Shown here: positions 1 through 8,540 of the stretch, piece after piece | How the letters are laid out: every line of letters starts with the position of its first letter | Numbering within the stretch: position 1 is the first letter of the stretch | Source of the DNA: an uncultured Armatimonadetes bacterium | Lineage (GTDB): Bacteria > Armatimonadota > UBA5829 > DTJY01 | Direction of reading: 5' to 3' | Length of the DNA: 64,000 nucleotides | Assembly: GCA_963717145.1 (NCBI GenBank) | Contig: OY970325.1 | Coordinates: forward strand, 3,776,001-3,840,000 | Notes under the pieces: model-generated | Seen by the model: only the letters and a program-made list of their open reading frames with translations | Databases searched by the model: none | What the model was told of the DNA's origin: nothing | Translations under genes and position numbers: made by a program

Positions 1-294
1 GATCCCCGGGTAGTTGCCGTCCTGAGTGAGGACCTGGTACAGATGGCCGATGGCTTCATCGCACCTATCCGTTAGTGACAGGGCGACAGCCAGGTTGAAC
101 CTGCCGGTCAGGTGGTCCGGGTTCATCTCGAGACATTGTTCGAGCAGAGCGACCGCATGTTCGAAGTCACCGTTGGCCACAGCGTTCATTGCAGCCTTGA
201 AACACTTGTCCGGATCGCAGTTACGACCCGCGCCGCAGTTCGGACAGCCGATGTCCGACACACTGAGTCTGAAACCACACTCACTACAGCTCAT
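1..294 (-). CDS. Zinc-ribbon + TPR protein (runs off the window edge)
   Basis: Manual translation, not in the ORF track: MSCSECGFRLSVSDIGCPNCGAG...AVALLEQCLEMNPDHLTGRFNLAVAL. Two CxxC motifs are followed by TPR-like helices, and the frame is open to position 1. Confidence 0.75.
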   Translation of the reverse strand, partial: MSCSECGFRLSVSDIGCPNCGAGRNCDPDKCFKAAMNAVANGDFEHAVALLEQCLEMNPDHLTGRFNLAVALSLTDRCDEAIGHLYQVLTQDGNYPGI

Positions 295-659
295 CTCCTC
301 ATACCCCCTCTGGGCGCCGCGCACGCTTCCTCCATGAAGGTTCACGACATACCGGGTGCCGTACTTTCTACCCGGCATCCTGCCAGGCAACAACCGAGAG
401 ATGCGGCACGTCTGGGTCCGTCATCGATGCGAGTGTTACAGTGTTTCGCGATCTGACGCATAGTGGTGTTCCCAATCCGGGGCAACGGGAAACCTCCAAC
501 AATACACGACTACCAAGGCATTTGCGGACTATGATTTCGCTAACTTTGGCACAAAATCAACTGATGTGCGCGCGCATCTATGCTCGCATTCTAGAGCCAA
601 TCCTGGGAGCTGTCATATCGCGTGATGATAATCTGCGAAAAAAGGGTCACGCGTGCGAG

Positions 660-1091
660 TCAGACCGGGCGGTTGTACGTGCAGCGGTGGACGAGGCTCA
701 GGTACGCCGAGTAGAGTCCCCTCGACTTCGAGCCGCAGGCCTCCACCCGATTGCGCGCGGTGTTGATCAACCTCACCGCCCGCGGACGTGTTGTTCCGAG
801 CATCACCGCGACCTCATCCGGCAGCACGCCTTCCATGTACATCCTCCACGCGAATGCCTCTTCCGCAGCGAGTCCGGCTTCCTCGGACAGGTCGTCGAGT
901 TCCGCCGAGAGAAGGATGTGGGCGCACGAATACGGACGGCCGCCATTCCACTGCCGACGGCTCGACCGCCGAGTCTTCCTGTCGAGTTGTCTTTCGGTGT
1001 AGGCCGGGTATTCCTGGTCGCGGCCCGCGAGTTCGAGCATTGTGTCTGCGAGTAGTTCCAAGGCCTCCGCATGCATCGCGTTTCTGGTCAT
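660..1091 (-). CDS. Small protein with sigma-70 region-4-like helix-turn-helix
   Basis: LAAEEAFAWRMYMEGVLPDEVAVMLGTTRPRAVRLINTARNRV resembles a sigma region 4 / LuxR-type HTH. AGGAG RBS lies before the ATG at 1091. Confidence 0.55.
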   Translation of the reverse strand: MTRNAMHAEALELLADTMLELAGRDQEYPAYTERQLDRKTRRSSRRQWNGGRPYSCAHILLSAELDDLSEEAGLAAEEAFAWRMYMEGVLPDEVAVMLGTTRPRAVRLINTARNRVEACGSKSRGLYSAYLSLVHRCTYNRPV

Positions 1092-1180
1092 TTCTCTCCT
1101 CTTGGGCGTAATAGTAGACAGTTGTCTACCCTTACGCCCAGTATAGCACCAGGTAGCTTGGGCGTCAAGGGGGTTACACG

Positions 1181-1395
1181 TGTCATTCTGAGCAAGTGAC
1201 TGCACTGTACGCAGTTGTTTCCGTCAGAAACCACCGTCAGTCCTGAGTTCGCCGGTGAATGACGGCGTGTAACGAAGGACGGCTCGGTGCAACAAGGCCG
1301 TCCTTCGTTACACGCCGTCATTCACCGGCGAACTCAGGACTGACGGTGTGGGCTTCCTCAGGAGCGTACTGCCGAGTGGCGTGCTCAGAATGACA
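1181..1395. repeat. Composite REPIN-like element (long family)
   Basis: Outer inverted repeat TGTCATTCTGAGCA/TGCTCAGAATGACA. Inner perfect 52-bp arms (1232-1283 / 1297-1348) with a 13-nt loop. Relatives at 4716, 34793 and 35593. Confidence 0.9.
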
Positions 1396-1431
1396 GCCGT
1401 CGTGGAGGCGTTGAGGGTAGAAAGAAATAAG

Positions 1432-1455
1432 TGAGGCCGCCGGGCGGCGGCCTCA
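1432..1455 (-). terminator. Probable intrinsic terminator after the blaI-like gene
   Basis: TGAGGCCGCC/GGCGGCCTCA hairpin followed on the minus strand by CTTATTTCTTT. Confidence 0.6.
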
Positions 1456-1481
1456 TCAAAGCTGGGATGTGCTCCGAACGG

Positions 1482-1823
1482 CTACTTGCCGGCCTTGGCG
1501 ATGATCAGCTTCACAGCATCCTTAAATGACTTGCCGATGACCTTCTGTGACACTTCCTCGAGAAGCGCTCGGCCCATCTTCTCCCTGGTGATGTTTGCCT
1601 TGTAGATGAAGGCATCGGTCTTCTTGGTCCCGGTCCGTTCCTGGGTCAGGACGCCCTTCCGGGCGAGCTTGGCCATCGTGAGCATGATAGTCGAGTAGGA
1701 CAACTCTCGCTTCGGATACATGATCTTGAAGACTTGGGTGCTGGTAATCGGGGGCTTCAGGTCCCAAATGACGTCAAGTATCTGAGCCTCCAATTCGCCC
1801 AGGGCCTGGCTTTCTTTACTCAT
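1482..1823 (-). CDS. BlaI/MecI/CopY family transcriptional regulator
   Basis: LGELEAQILDVIW...ELSYSTIMLTMAKLARKGVL...AFIY is the penicillinase-repressor winged-helix signature. Confidence 0.85.
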   Translation of the reverse strand: MSKESQALGELEAQILDVIWDLKPPITSTQVFKIMYPKRELSYSTIMLTMAKLARKGVLTQERTGTKKTDAFIYKANITREKMGRALLEEVSQKVIGKSFKDAVKLIIAKAGK

Positions 1824-1999
1824 AAGCTCTCCTTTCGATGCATGCGGCTTATCCGCTGACACTGCTGCCGCTGTAGCATCTTTCGCTCTTAATATACGGC
1901 TTATGCTTTTCGCTGTCAAGTACCTGATAAAGTTTTTTATAGCCGACAGTGAAAGAGAGTCGCAATGGTCGGCCCCCTCTGGTCGCATTGGACTTTCCG

Positions 2000-2008
2000 T
2001 GGTATAAT
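2000..2008 (+). promoter_or_regulatory. Extended -10 promoter element
   Basis: TGGTATAAT about 40 nt upstream of the aldolase start. Confidence 0.5.
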
Positions 2009-2046
2009 GCGTCGTCACGGAATTGCGAGGAGGATATGCAGCCGAT

Positions 2047-2814
2047 ATGAGTCCCAAGGAAGAAGTTCTCAAGCAACTGATCGATATGTCCCACTGGCTC
2101 GGCGAGGAATGCCGCGGCCTGGTGATTCTCGGCGAGGGGAATACCTCCGCCAGGATCAGCGACGATACGTTCTTCGTGAAGGCGAGCGGCACTCAGCTCG
2201 GCACGATCCACGCATCAGGGTTGGTGGAGGTCAACGCCGGGAAGGTCCTCTCGATGATCGGCGGCCCGGAGCTGACCGACGATGAGATCAAGGCGAACCT
2301 CCGGGCGGCGATGGTCGACCCGAACGGGAAACTGCTCCCCTCGATCGAGACGGTCTTCCACGCCTACCTGCTGAGCATCCCAGGCGTGAATTTCGTCGGG
2401 CACACGCATCCCGTCTCGGTGAACAGTATCCTCTGTTCGAAGGAGTGGTACGAATCCACCCAGGGCCGGCTTTTCCCGGACGAGGTCGTCTGCTGCGGGA
2501 TCGCGCCGGCACACGTGGAGTACGTCGACCCGGGAGTGACGCTCGCGCGGCGGATCAAGGAGGTCGTGGAGGACTACATCCGGGAGCACGAGGAGCGCCC
2601 GAAGGCGGTTCTGGTGCAGAATCACGGCCTGATCGCGCTCGGATCGACCGCCAAAGAGGTCATGAGCGTGACGGCGATGTGGGACAAGACGGCGAAGGTC
2701 CTCGCGGGGACGTTCCAGTTCGGCGGCCCGAACTACATGACCGACGAGCAGGTGGAGCGCATCCACACGCGCCCGGATGAGGCGCAGAGGAAGAAGCTTA
2801 TCGAGAATCTTTGA
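2047..2814 (+). CDS. Class II aldolase/adducin family protein (rhamnulose-1-phosphate aldolase-like)
   Basis: GEGNTSAR, VKASG, PSIET, GHTHP and LVQNHG motifs. Confidence 0.85.
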   Translation: MSPKEEVLKQLIDMSHWLGEECRGLVILGEGNTSARISDDTFFVKASGTQLGTIHASGLVEVNAGKVLSMIGGPELTDDEIKANLRAAMVDPNGKLLPSIETVFHAYLLSIPGVNFVGHTHPVSVNSILCSKEWYESTQGRLFPDEVVCCGIAPAHVEYVDPGVTLARRIKEVVEDYIREHEERPKAVLVQNHGLIALGSTAKEVMSVTAMWDKTAKVLAGTFQFGGPNYMTDEQVERIHTRPDEAQRKKLIENL

Positions 2815-2960
2815 GGGAATGGTTGATGGCTGATGGTTAATGGTTAATGGCGGAATGGTTGATGGTTGATGGGGAATGGTTGTTGAGGGATGCCGATCTC
2901 CATTTCTCCCATTCTCCCATTTCCCCATCAACCATCAACCATCAACCATCAACCATTCCC
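2815..2960. repeat. Inverted pair of ATGGTTG/CAACCAT heptamer arrays
   Basis: GGGAATGGTTGATGG...CCATCAACCATTCCC. Same family at 4666-4700, 25607-25750 and 54600-54734. Confidence 0.85.
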
Positions 2961-2972
2961 GTGAGTAGGAGC

Positions 2973-4682
2973 ATGAGCATGAGCGAGAAACTGCCTGAGA
3001 CGATATTGACTTGGTACCTCTACGGTGCGGGGCTGGAGAGCTTCGGCAGGGGCAAGAAGCCCGTCGAGCACCCGATGCCCGAATATGGCCCGGACGAACT
3101 GCTCGTCCGAATCGATGCCGTGAGCATCTGCTTCAGCGACATCAAGGTCATCAACCAGGGCGACCAGCATCCCCGGCTCACCGGGCGCGATATGGTGAAC
3201 GACCCGGTCACGCTCGGGCACGAGGCGGCGGTCACCGTCGTCGGCGTCGGCGAGAACGTGAAGGACCGGTTCGCGATCGATCAGCGGTTCACCGTCCAGG
3301 CCGATGTCTTCGTCAACGGCGTCAGCATGGCGTTCGGATACGTCCTCCCCGGCGCGCAGACCCAGTATCAGGTGATCCGCAAAGAGATGCTCGACGGCGA
3401 TGAGGGGTGCTACCTCCTCCCGATGGCGGACTCCACCGGATACGCCGAAGCCGCGCTCGCCGAGCCGTGGGCCTGCGTCGTCGCCTCCTACAAGATCACG
3501 CGCCGGAAGTCGATCAAGCCGGGCGGGAAGCTCTGGATCATCTGCGCATCGGCCTGCGACAGTGATTTCGCGCTCGATTTCGGCGTCGATCCCGAACTCG
3601 TCGTCGCCACGGAACTCGAATGGCCGATGCTCGATCAGCTCAAGTTCTGGTCCGAAGCCGGCCGGTTCAAGCTCAGACAGACGCCCGAGTTCGACTCGAT
3701 TGACTTCGAGGAGTTCGGTCAGAAGCACGGCGGATTCGACGACATCATCGTCCTCGGGGCGAACCCGGATGTGATCGAGAAGGCGGCGACCCTGCTGGCG
3801 AAGGGCGGCATCATGAACATCGTGGCGGATGAGCCGCTTGCGAGGCCGGTCAAGATCGACATCGGCAAGGTCCACTATCAGAATCACTCATACATCGGCA
3901 CGATGAGCCGGCACGTCGGTTCGGCATACGAGCCGGTCAGAATGCCGAGCGAGTTGAAGCCCGGCGGGATGGCCTGGTTCGTCGGCACGGGCGGGCCGAT
4001 GGGTCAGATGCACCTTCCCCGAGCGCTCGAACTCGAGGGCGGGCCGAGGAAGGTACTCGCGACCGACATCGACACGGGGCGACTGAACAGCCTCCGAGAG
4101 CGGTTCAACCCGATCGCCGAGCGCCGGGGAATCGAGCTGCTGATCGTGAACCCGAACGAGATGACCCCGGAGGCGTTCGACAAGCTGCTCCACGATTTCA
4201 CCGACGGCGGCGGATTCGACGACATCGTGATGCTCGCGCCCGTGCCCGCGCTGATCGAGCAGGCGGTCCCGTACCTCGCGGAAGAGGGGCTGATGAACGT
4301 ATTCGCCGGCGTCCCGATCGGCACGATCGTCAGCATCGACCTCAGCGGCGTCTTCATGTGCAACATCAGGTTCGTCGGGAGCAGCGGATCGAAGGTGAGC
4401 GACATGCTCGACACGCTCCGCGCGGCCGAGTCGGGCGAGATCTCGACGAACACGTCGGTGGCGGCCATCGGTGGGATCGAGGCATCGTGGGACGGTATGA
4501 AGGCGGCGAAGGAAGGGACGTATCCCGGCAAGGTCGTGATCTACCCGCAGATCGCCGGCCTCCCGTTGACGGCGGTACCCGATCTGAAGGAACGCCTGCC
4601 CGCGGTCTACACGAAACTCACCGACGGGATGTTCTGGAACCGCGAGGCGGAGGCGGAGCTTCTCGGAATGGTCGATGGTTGA
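2973..4682 (+). CDS. Zn-dependent medium-chain dehydrogenase, extended (L-sorbose-1-phosphate reductase-like)
   Basis: ICFSD and LGHE catalytic Zn motifs, LAEPWACV, and a GTGGPMG Rossmann motif. GGFDDI occurs twice, suggesting a duplicated nucleotide-binding domain. 569 aa. Confidence 0.75.
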   Translation: MSMSEKLPETILTWYLYGAGLESFGRGKKPVEHPMPEYGPDELLVRIDAVSICFSDIKVINQGDQHPRLTGRDMVNDPVTLGHEAAVTVVGVGENVKDRFAIDQRFTVQADVFVNGVSMAFGYVLPGAQTQYQVIRKEMLDGDEGCYLLPMADSTGYAEAALAEPWACVVASYKITRRKSIKPGGKLWIICASACDSDFALDFGVDPELVVATELEWPMLDQLKFWSEAGRFKLRQTPEFDSIDFEEFGQKHGGFDDIIVLGANPDVIEKAATLLAKGGIMNIVADEPLARPVKIDIGKVHYQNHSYIGTMSRHVGSAYEPVRMPSELKPGGMAWFVGTGGPMGQMHLPRALELEGGPRKVLATDIDTGRLNSLRERFNPIAERRGIELLIVNPNEMTPEAFDKLLHDFTDGGGFDDIVMLAPVPALIEQAVPYLAEEGLMNVFAGVPIGTIVSIDLSGVFMCNIRFVGSSGSKVSDMLDTLRAAESGEISTNTSVAAIGGIEASWDGMKAAKEGTYPGKVVIYPQIAGLPLTAVPDLKERLPAVYTKLTDGMFWNREAEAELLGMVDG

Positions 4683-4715
4683 TGGTTCATGGGGGATGGG
4701 TGTTGGGTCTTAGAA

Positions 4716-4847
4716 CCCGCTAGTCCTGAGTGCGCCGGTGAATGACGGCGTGTATCGAAGGACGGCCTGCGAAGCACCAACCCCTGGCTGCGGGCGACCG
4801 TCCTTCGATACACGCCGTCATTCACCGGCGCACTCAGGACTAGCGGG
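4716..4847. repeat. REPIN-like long hairpin
   Basis: Perfect 50-bp arms 4716-4765 / 4798-4847 (AGTCCTGAGTGCGCCGGTGAATGACGGCGTGTATCGAAGGACGG), nearly identical to 1232-1348. Confidence 0.9.
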
Positions 4848-4862
4848 GGTTTGAGTAGGAGT

Positions 4863-5667
4863 ATGAATATGAGCGGGTGCGAGATGCTGAGTGGGAAAAG
4901 TGCCATCGTGACGGGTGCCGGGCAGGGGCTCGGGGAGGCGATCGCCCTGAGGCTCGCCGCCGAGGGATGCCAGGTCATCCTCGGCGATATCAACTTCGAG
5001 AACGCGCAGATGGCCGCGGAGAAGATCCACAAGGCGACCGGCAGGAAGGCCATCGAGTTCAGTGTCGATGTCACCAACGACGAGCAGGTCGCCGAGATGG
5101 TGAAGCTCGCGGTCAAGGAGTTCGGCAAGCTCGACATCATGGTCTGCAACGCCGGCATCCTCAAGGCCGCCGAGGTCACCGAGCTTCTCGACTCACGACT
5201 GGCGCAAGGTCATCGACGTCAACCTCGTCGGCTACTTCATCTGCGCCCGCGAGGCCGCCAAGGTGATGGTCGAGCAGAAGAGCGGCGCCATCATCCAGAT
5301 CAACTCCAAGTCCGGCAAGAAGGGCAGCTTCAGCAACTCCGCCTACGCCGCGAGCAAGTTCGGCGGGATCGGCCTGACCCAGAGCCTCGCGCTCGAGATG
5401 GCGCCGCACGGCGTCCGGGTGAACGCGGTCTGCCCCGGGAACCTGCTCGACGGCACGCTCTGGCAGGACAGCCTCTTCGAGCAGTACGCGCGGACCCAGG
5501 GCCTCACGGTCGAGCAAGTGAAGGAGAAATACCTCGACCAGGTGCCGCTCGGACGCGGCTGCACCTACGATGACGTGTCGAACGTCGTGGTCTTCCTCGC
5601 GTCCGATCAGTCGAGCTACATGACCGGCCAGGCGATCAACGTGACCGGCGGGCAGGAGATGCGGTAG
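4863..5667 (+). CDS. srlD: Sorbitol-6-phosphate dehydrogenase-like SDR; +1 frameshift near 5184
   Basis: TGAGQGLG and NAG in the first frame; IQINSKSGKKG, YAASKFGG and CPGNLL in the second. Removing one C from GAGCTTC restores EFSTHDWRKVIDVNL. Confidence 0.75.
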
Positions 5668-5776
5668 GGGTCGAGGAGACAGAAGTCAGGAGTCAGAAGT
5701 CAGAAGCCGGAATTCGGCGGTTGGGGTACCTTGTAGGAGGCGACTCCGATCGCCGATTATGTATGTGGAGGCACGT

Positions 5777-6538
5777 ATGGAGGACCATCAGAGTCAGCCC
5801 GATCGTGATAGAAGTCGGCTGGTGGAGAACGGCGTGTTGTTGGCGTGGATGCTCGCCACGGTTCCACTCCTGCTGATGAACGCGGTGGGAGTTGTTTTCT
5901 GGATCGCGTCCTTCCTGGTCGGCGTGTTCGTGTTGCGGACGATCCGACGTGATCACCTGCCCAGGAAGGGGTATGTGGCCGCTTGGATGGTAGTCGTGTT
6001 CAGCAGTCTGGCGCTGCTTCTGATAGGGCTAATCATCTCCCCGCTGTTTGGTCCGCGCCACAGCATTCACCGTGGATACTGCAGCAACAACTTGCACCAA
6101 CTCGGCTTGGCGATGGACTCATATGCCCACAAGCACCAAGACCGGTACCCCGATCCGGACAACTGGCCGCAACAGATCATGGGGTACGTGAAGAGTCAAA
6201 GCATATTCATATGCCCCGCAAGGAAGGTCCATGGTCTGAGAAGACATCCGATCAAGGCGCCATACATGGAAGCGCTGTCAGTCACCTACGCCATGAACGA
6301 GCGGCTGAAGGGGCTCTCCGTGCGAGACGTGAAGAAGCCCGAGAAGACGGTGCTGCTATTCGAGTCGACCGGCGAGAAGCTCTCCGGCGGGCCGGAGTTG
6401 CTACCGAAAGAGACGCGTCACGAGGACAGGGAGTACCTGGTGATCCGCCATCCGTACATCAATGTGCTCTTTGCTGACGGGCACGTGAACAAGGTCCCTC
6501 TGGAAGAGGTTCCGCGTCTGAAGTGGGACCCGAAGTAG
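5777..6538 (+). CDS. Membrane-anchored DUF1559-like / H-X9-DG domain protein
   Basis: Three N-terminal TM segments, CSNNLHQLGLAMDSY, FICP, YAMN and a C-terminal NVLFADGHV. Confidence 0.75.
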   Translation: MEDHQSQPDRDRSRLVENGVLLAWMLATVPLLLMNAVGVVFWIASFLVGVFVLRTIRRDHLPRKGYVAAWMVVVFSSLALLLIGLIISPLFGPRHSIHRGYCSNNLHQLGLAMDSYAHKHQDRYPDPDNWPQQIMGYVKSQSIFICPARKVHGLRRHPIKAPYMEALSVTYAMNERLKGLSVRDVKKPEKTVLLFESTGEKLSGGPELLPKETRHEDREYLVIRHPYINVLFADGHVNKVPLEEVPRLKWDPK

Positions 6539-6549
6539 GACATATCATC

Positions 6550-7602
6550 ATGAGCAACGAGCACAAACCACACGGTCGGCTGGCGGTCGGGGCGGAGGAC
6601 CTCGATCTTCGGCACACGCTCACGCCCGGGCAGTCGTTCCGGTGGCGGGAGGACGAACTCGGGCGATGGACCGGCGTCGTCGGGCGGAAGGTCGTTCGGC
6701 TTTGGCGGGAGGGAGGGGATATCCTCTGGGAGTCGTTCCCGTCGGACGGATCGGATGGGAGCGCCGGGGGATGTCCCCCTTACGAAGGGGGACCGGCCTC
6801 TGGGCCGAGGGGGTTTCTGCGCGCGGAATCTATGAAGCGTAACCGCCAGGACGCCGGGGACACCAGGCAAACCTCCCCCGGCCTGCTGGCCGGCCCCTCC
6901 TTCGTAAGGAGGGGCGCAGAGATGATCGCGGACTACCTCCGGCTCGATGTCGATCTCCAGGCGCTCTACGCCGAGTTCCGCGCCGCCAACGAGCACATCC
7001 GGGACGCGATCGACCGCCTGAGGGGGCTCAGAGTCCTGCGCCAGGACCCGGAGGAGACGCTCCTCTCCTACGTCTTCACTGCGGCGAACTCCCTGCGCCG
7101 GATCATCCCCGCCATCGAGGAGGTATCCCGGCGGTTCGGCGACCCGATCGCGGAGGTCGATGGGCGGATGTACTACTCGTTCCCGACCACACAGGCATTG
7201 GCGAACGCGCATCCGGACGATCTGCGGTGCATCGGCGGGGTCTGCTTCCGTGGGCCGAACCTGCACTCGGTCGCGAGGGTGATCCTCCACCACCCGCCGG
7301 GATGGGCGGCCGGGCTTCGTGAGAAGTCGTATGAGGAGGCCCGCGCGGAACTCCTCGCCATCAGGTGCATCGGGCGCAAGATCGCGGACTGCGCGCTTCT
7401 TTTTTCGATGGATAAGGACCAGGCGTTCCCCGTGGATACACATATTCGCCAAGTTGCTGTACAATACTACGTGCCCGAGTTCAAACAGAAGACGTTGACC
7501 CCGGCGGTGTATGAGGCGATCGTGGCCTTTTTCCAGAAGAAGTTCGGCCCATACGCCGGCTGGGCACAGGAGTATCTGTTCTATGACGATCTCGGAACGT
7601 AG
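6550..7602 (+). CDS. ogg: 8-oxoguanine DNA glycosylase (OGG/HhH-GPD family) with an in-frame repeat insertion
   Basis: TLTPGQSFRW, GLRVLRQDPEETL, IGRKIADC, FPVDTH and YAGWAQEYLF. Confidence 0.85.
   Translation: MSNEHKPHGRLAVGAEDLDLRHTLTPGQSFRWREDELGRWTGVVGRKVVRLWREGGDILWESFPSDGSDGSAGGCPPYEGGPASGPRGFLRAESMKRNRQDAGDTRQTSPGLLAGPSFVRRGAEMIADYLRLDVDLQALYAEFRAANEHIRDAIDRLRGLRVLRQDPEETLLSYVFTAANSLRRIIPAIEEVSRRFGDPIAEVDGRMYYSFPTTQALANAHPDDLRCIGGVCFRGPNLHSVARVILHHPPGWAAGLREKSYEEARAELLAIRCIGRKIADCALLFSMDKDQAFPVDTHIRQVAVQYYVPEFKQKTLTPAVYEAIVAFFQKKFGPYAGWAQEYLFYDDLGT
6771..6919 (+). repeat. CCCCCTTACGAAGGGGG-family composite repeat inside ogg
   Basis: Matches the intergenic copy at 49755-49947 (reverse strand) and partial copies at 39022-39066 and 61640-61782. 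Confidence 0.85.
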
Positions 7603-7827
7603 TGGCCGCGCCTCCGTGCCGGCCATGCAACGTGGCGTAGTGGCCGTGCCTCCGTGCCGGCCATCCGACGTGGCGTAGTGGCCGTGCCTCCGTGCCGGCC
7701 ATCCGACGTGGCGTAGTGGCCGTGCCTCCGTGCCGGCCATGCAACGTGGCGTAGTGGCCGTGCCTCCGTGCCGGCCATGCCGAGCTGACGGTAACATCGA
7801 TGGCCGGGACTGAGCCACGGCCACTAC
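7599..7827. repeat. GTAG-type REP cluster upstream of RAYT
   Basis: Five direct copies of GTAGTGGCCGTGCCTCCGTGCCGGCCAT at a 38-bp period (7599, 7637, 7675, 7713, 7751), plus one inverted variant at 7800-7827. Confidence 0.95.
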
Positions 7828-7841
7828 GGGAGATCAACGTC

Positions 7842-8330
7842 ATGACCGAGCAACGTATTCTCAGACGCCAACGGATGCGCCTTGAGGACGTGAGCTACGC
7901 CGAGCCCAGCATGGTATACTTCGCCACGCTGTGTGCGCGACACAAACATGACGTCTTCCGGGATGACGAGTTCGCACGTGTGGTGATCGAATCGCTGATG
8001 TGGTGCCGCTCCAGAGCGCTCTTTCGCTTGTATGCGTTCTGTCTGATGCCCGATCATCTGCATATCGCCGTGTCGCCAACGGTGGCTGCTGTAAGCCTGT
8101 CAGCTTCGATAGGCCGATTCAAGAGCTTTACGACATCGCGGAGTTGGGAATTCGGACAGGCAGGTCAGCTCTGGCAGCGCAGTTGGTACGACCACATCGC
8201 TCGGAAAGAGGATGATGTACCTGAGATATGCAAGTACATCCTGGAGAATCCCGTGAGGAAGATGCTGGTCGAGTCATCTGATCTCTGGCCATACAGTGGG
8301 ATGCCCGATGCGTTTGCGGCTTCATGGTGA
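7842..8330 (+). CDS. REP-associated tyrosine transposase (RAYT, Y1 HUH superfamily)
   Basis: RQRMRL...YFATLC, LMPDHLH (HUH), IGRFKSFT, LWQRSWYDHIAR and YILENPV; flanked by GTAG REPs. Confidence 0.9.
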   Translation: MTEQRILRRQRMRLEDVSYAEPSMVYFATLCARHKHDVFRDDEFARVVIESLMWCRSRALFRLYAFCLMPDHLHIAVSPTVAAVSLSASIGRFKSFTTSRSWEFGQAGQLWQRSWYDHIARKEDDVPEICKYILENPVRKMLVESSDLWPYSGMPDAFAASW

Positions 8331-8334
8331 TCTC

Positions 8335-8514
8335 GTAGTGGCCGTGCCTCCGTGCCGGCCATCCGTGCCTCCGTGCCGGCCATGCGAGGCGACGATACGG
8401 CCCATGGCCGGGACAGAGCCACGGCCACTACATCACGTCGGAAGGCCGGCGCGGAGGCACGGCCACTACATGACGGTGTGCCACGGATGGCCGGGACAGA
8501 GCCACGGCCACTAC
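8335..8514. repeat. GTAG-type REP cluster downstream of RAYT
   Basis: One full and one partial direct copy, followed by three inverted copies ending GGCCACTAC. Confidence 0.95.
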
Positions 8515-8540
8515 GCCGGACGCCCTAGTGAGGAGAACAC

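Noticed and set aside
2847-2972. N-terminal extensions in the ORF track (also 1824-2192, 30817-30921, 57578-57733)
   Set aside because: They translate repeat, promoter or riboswitch DNA; more plausible downstream starts exist, most with an RBS.
7599-7778. CRISPR array (28-bp repeat x5)
   Set aside because: Spacers are only 10 nt and repeat each other, there are no cas genes, the repeat starts with GTAG, it occurs inverted, and it flanks a RAYT.
6418-7824. 468-aa minus-strand ORF and other long antisense ORFs (e.g. 26191-27411, 46182-47348, 58238-59470)
   Set aside because: Shadow frames of real genes in GC-rich DNA, partly translated REP sequence, with no recognisable motifs.
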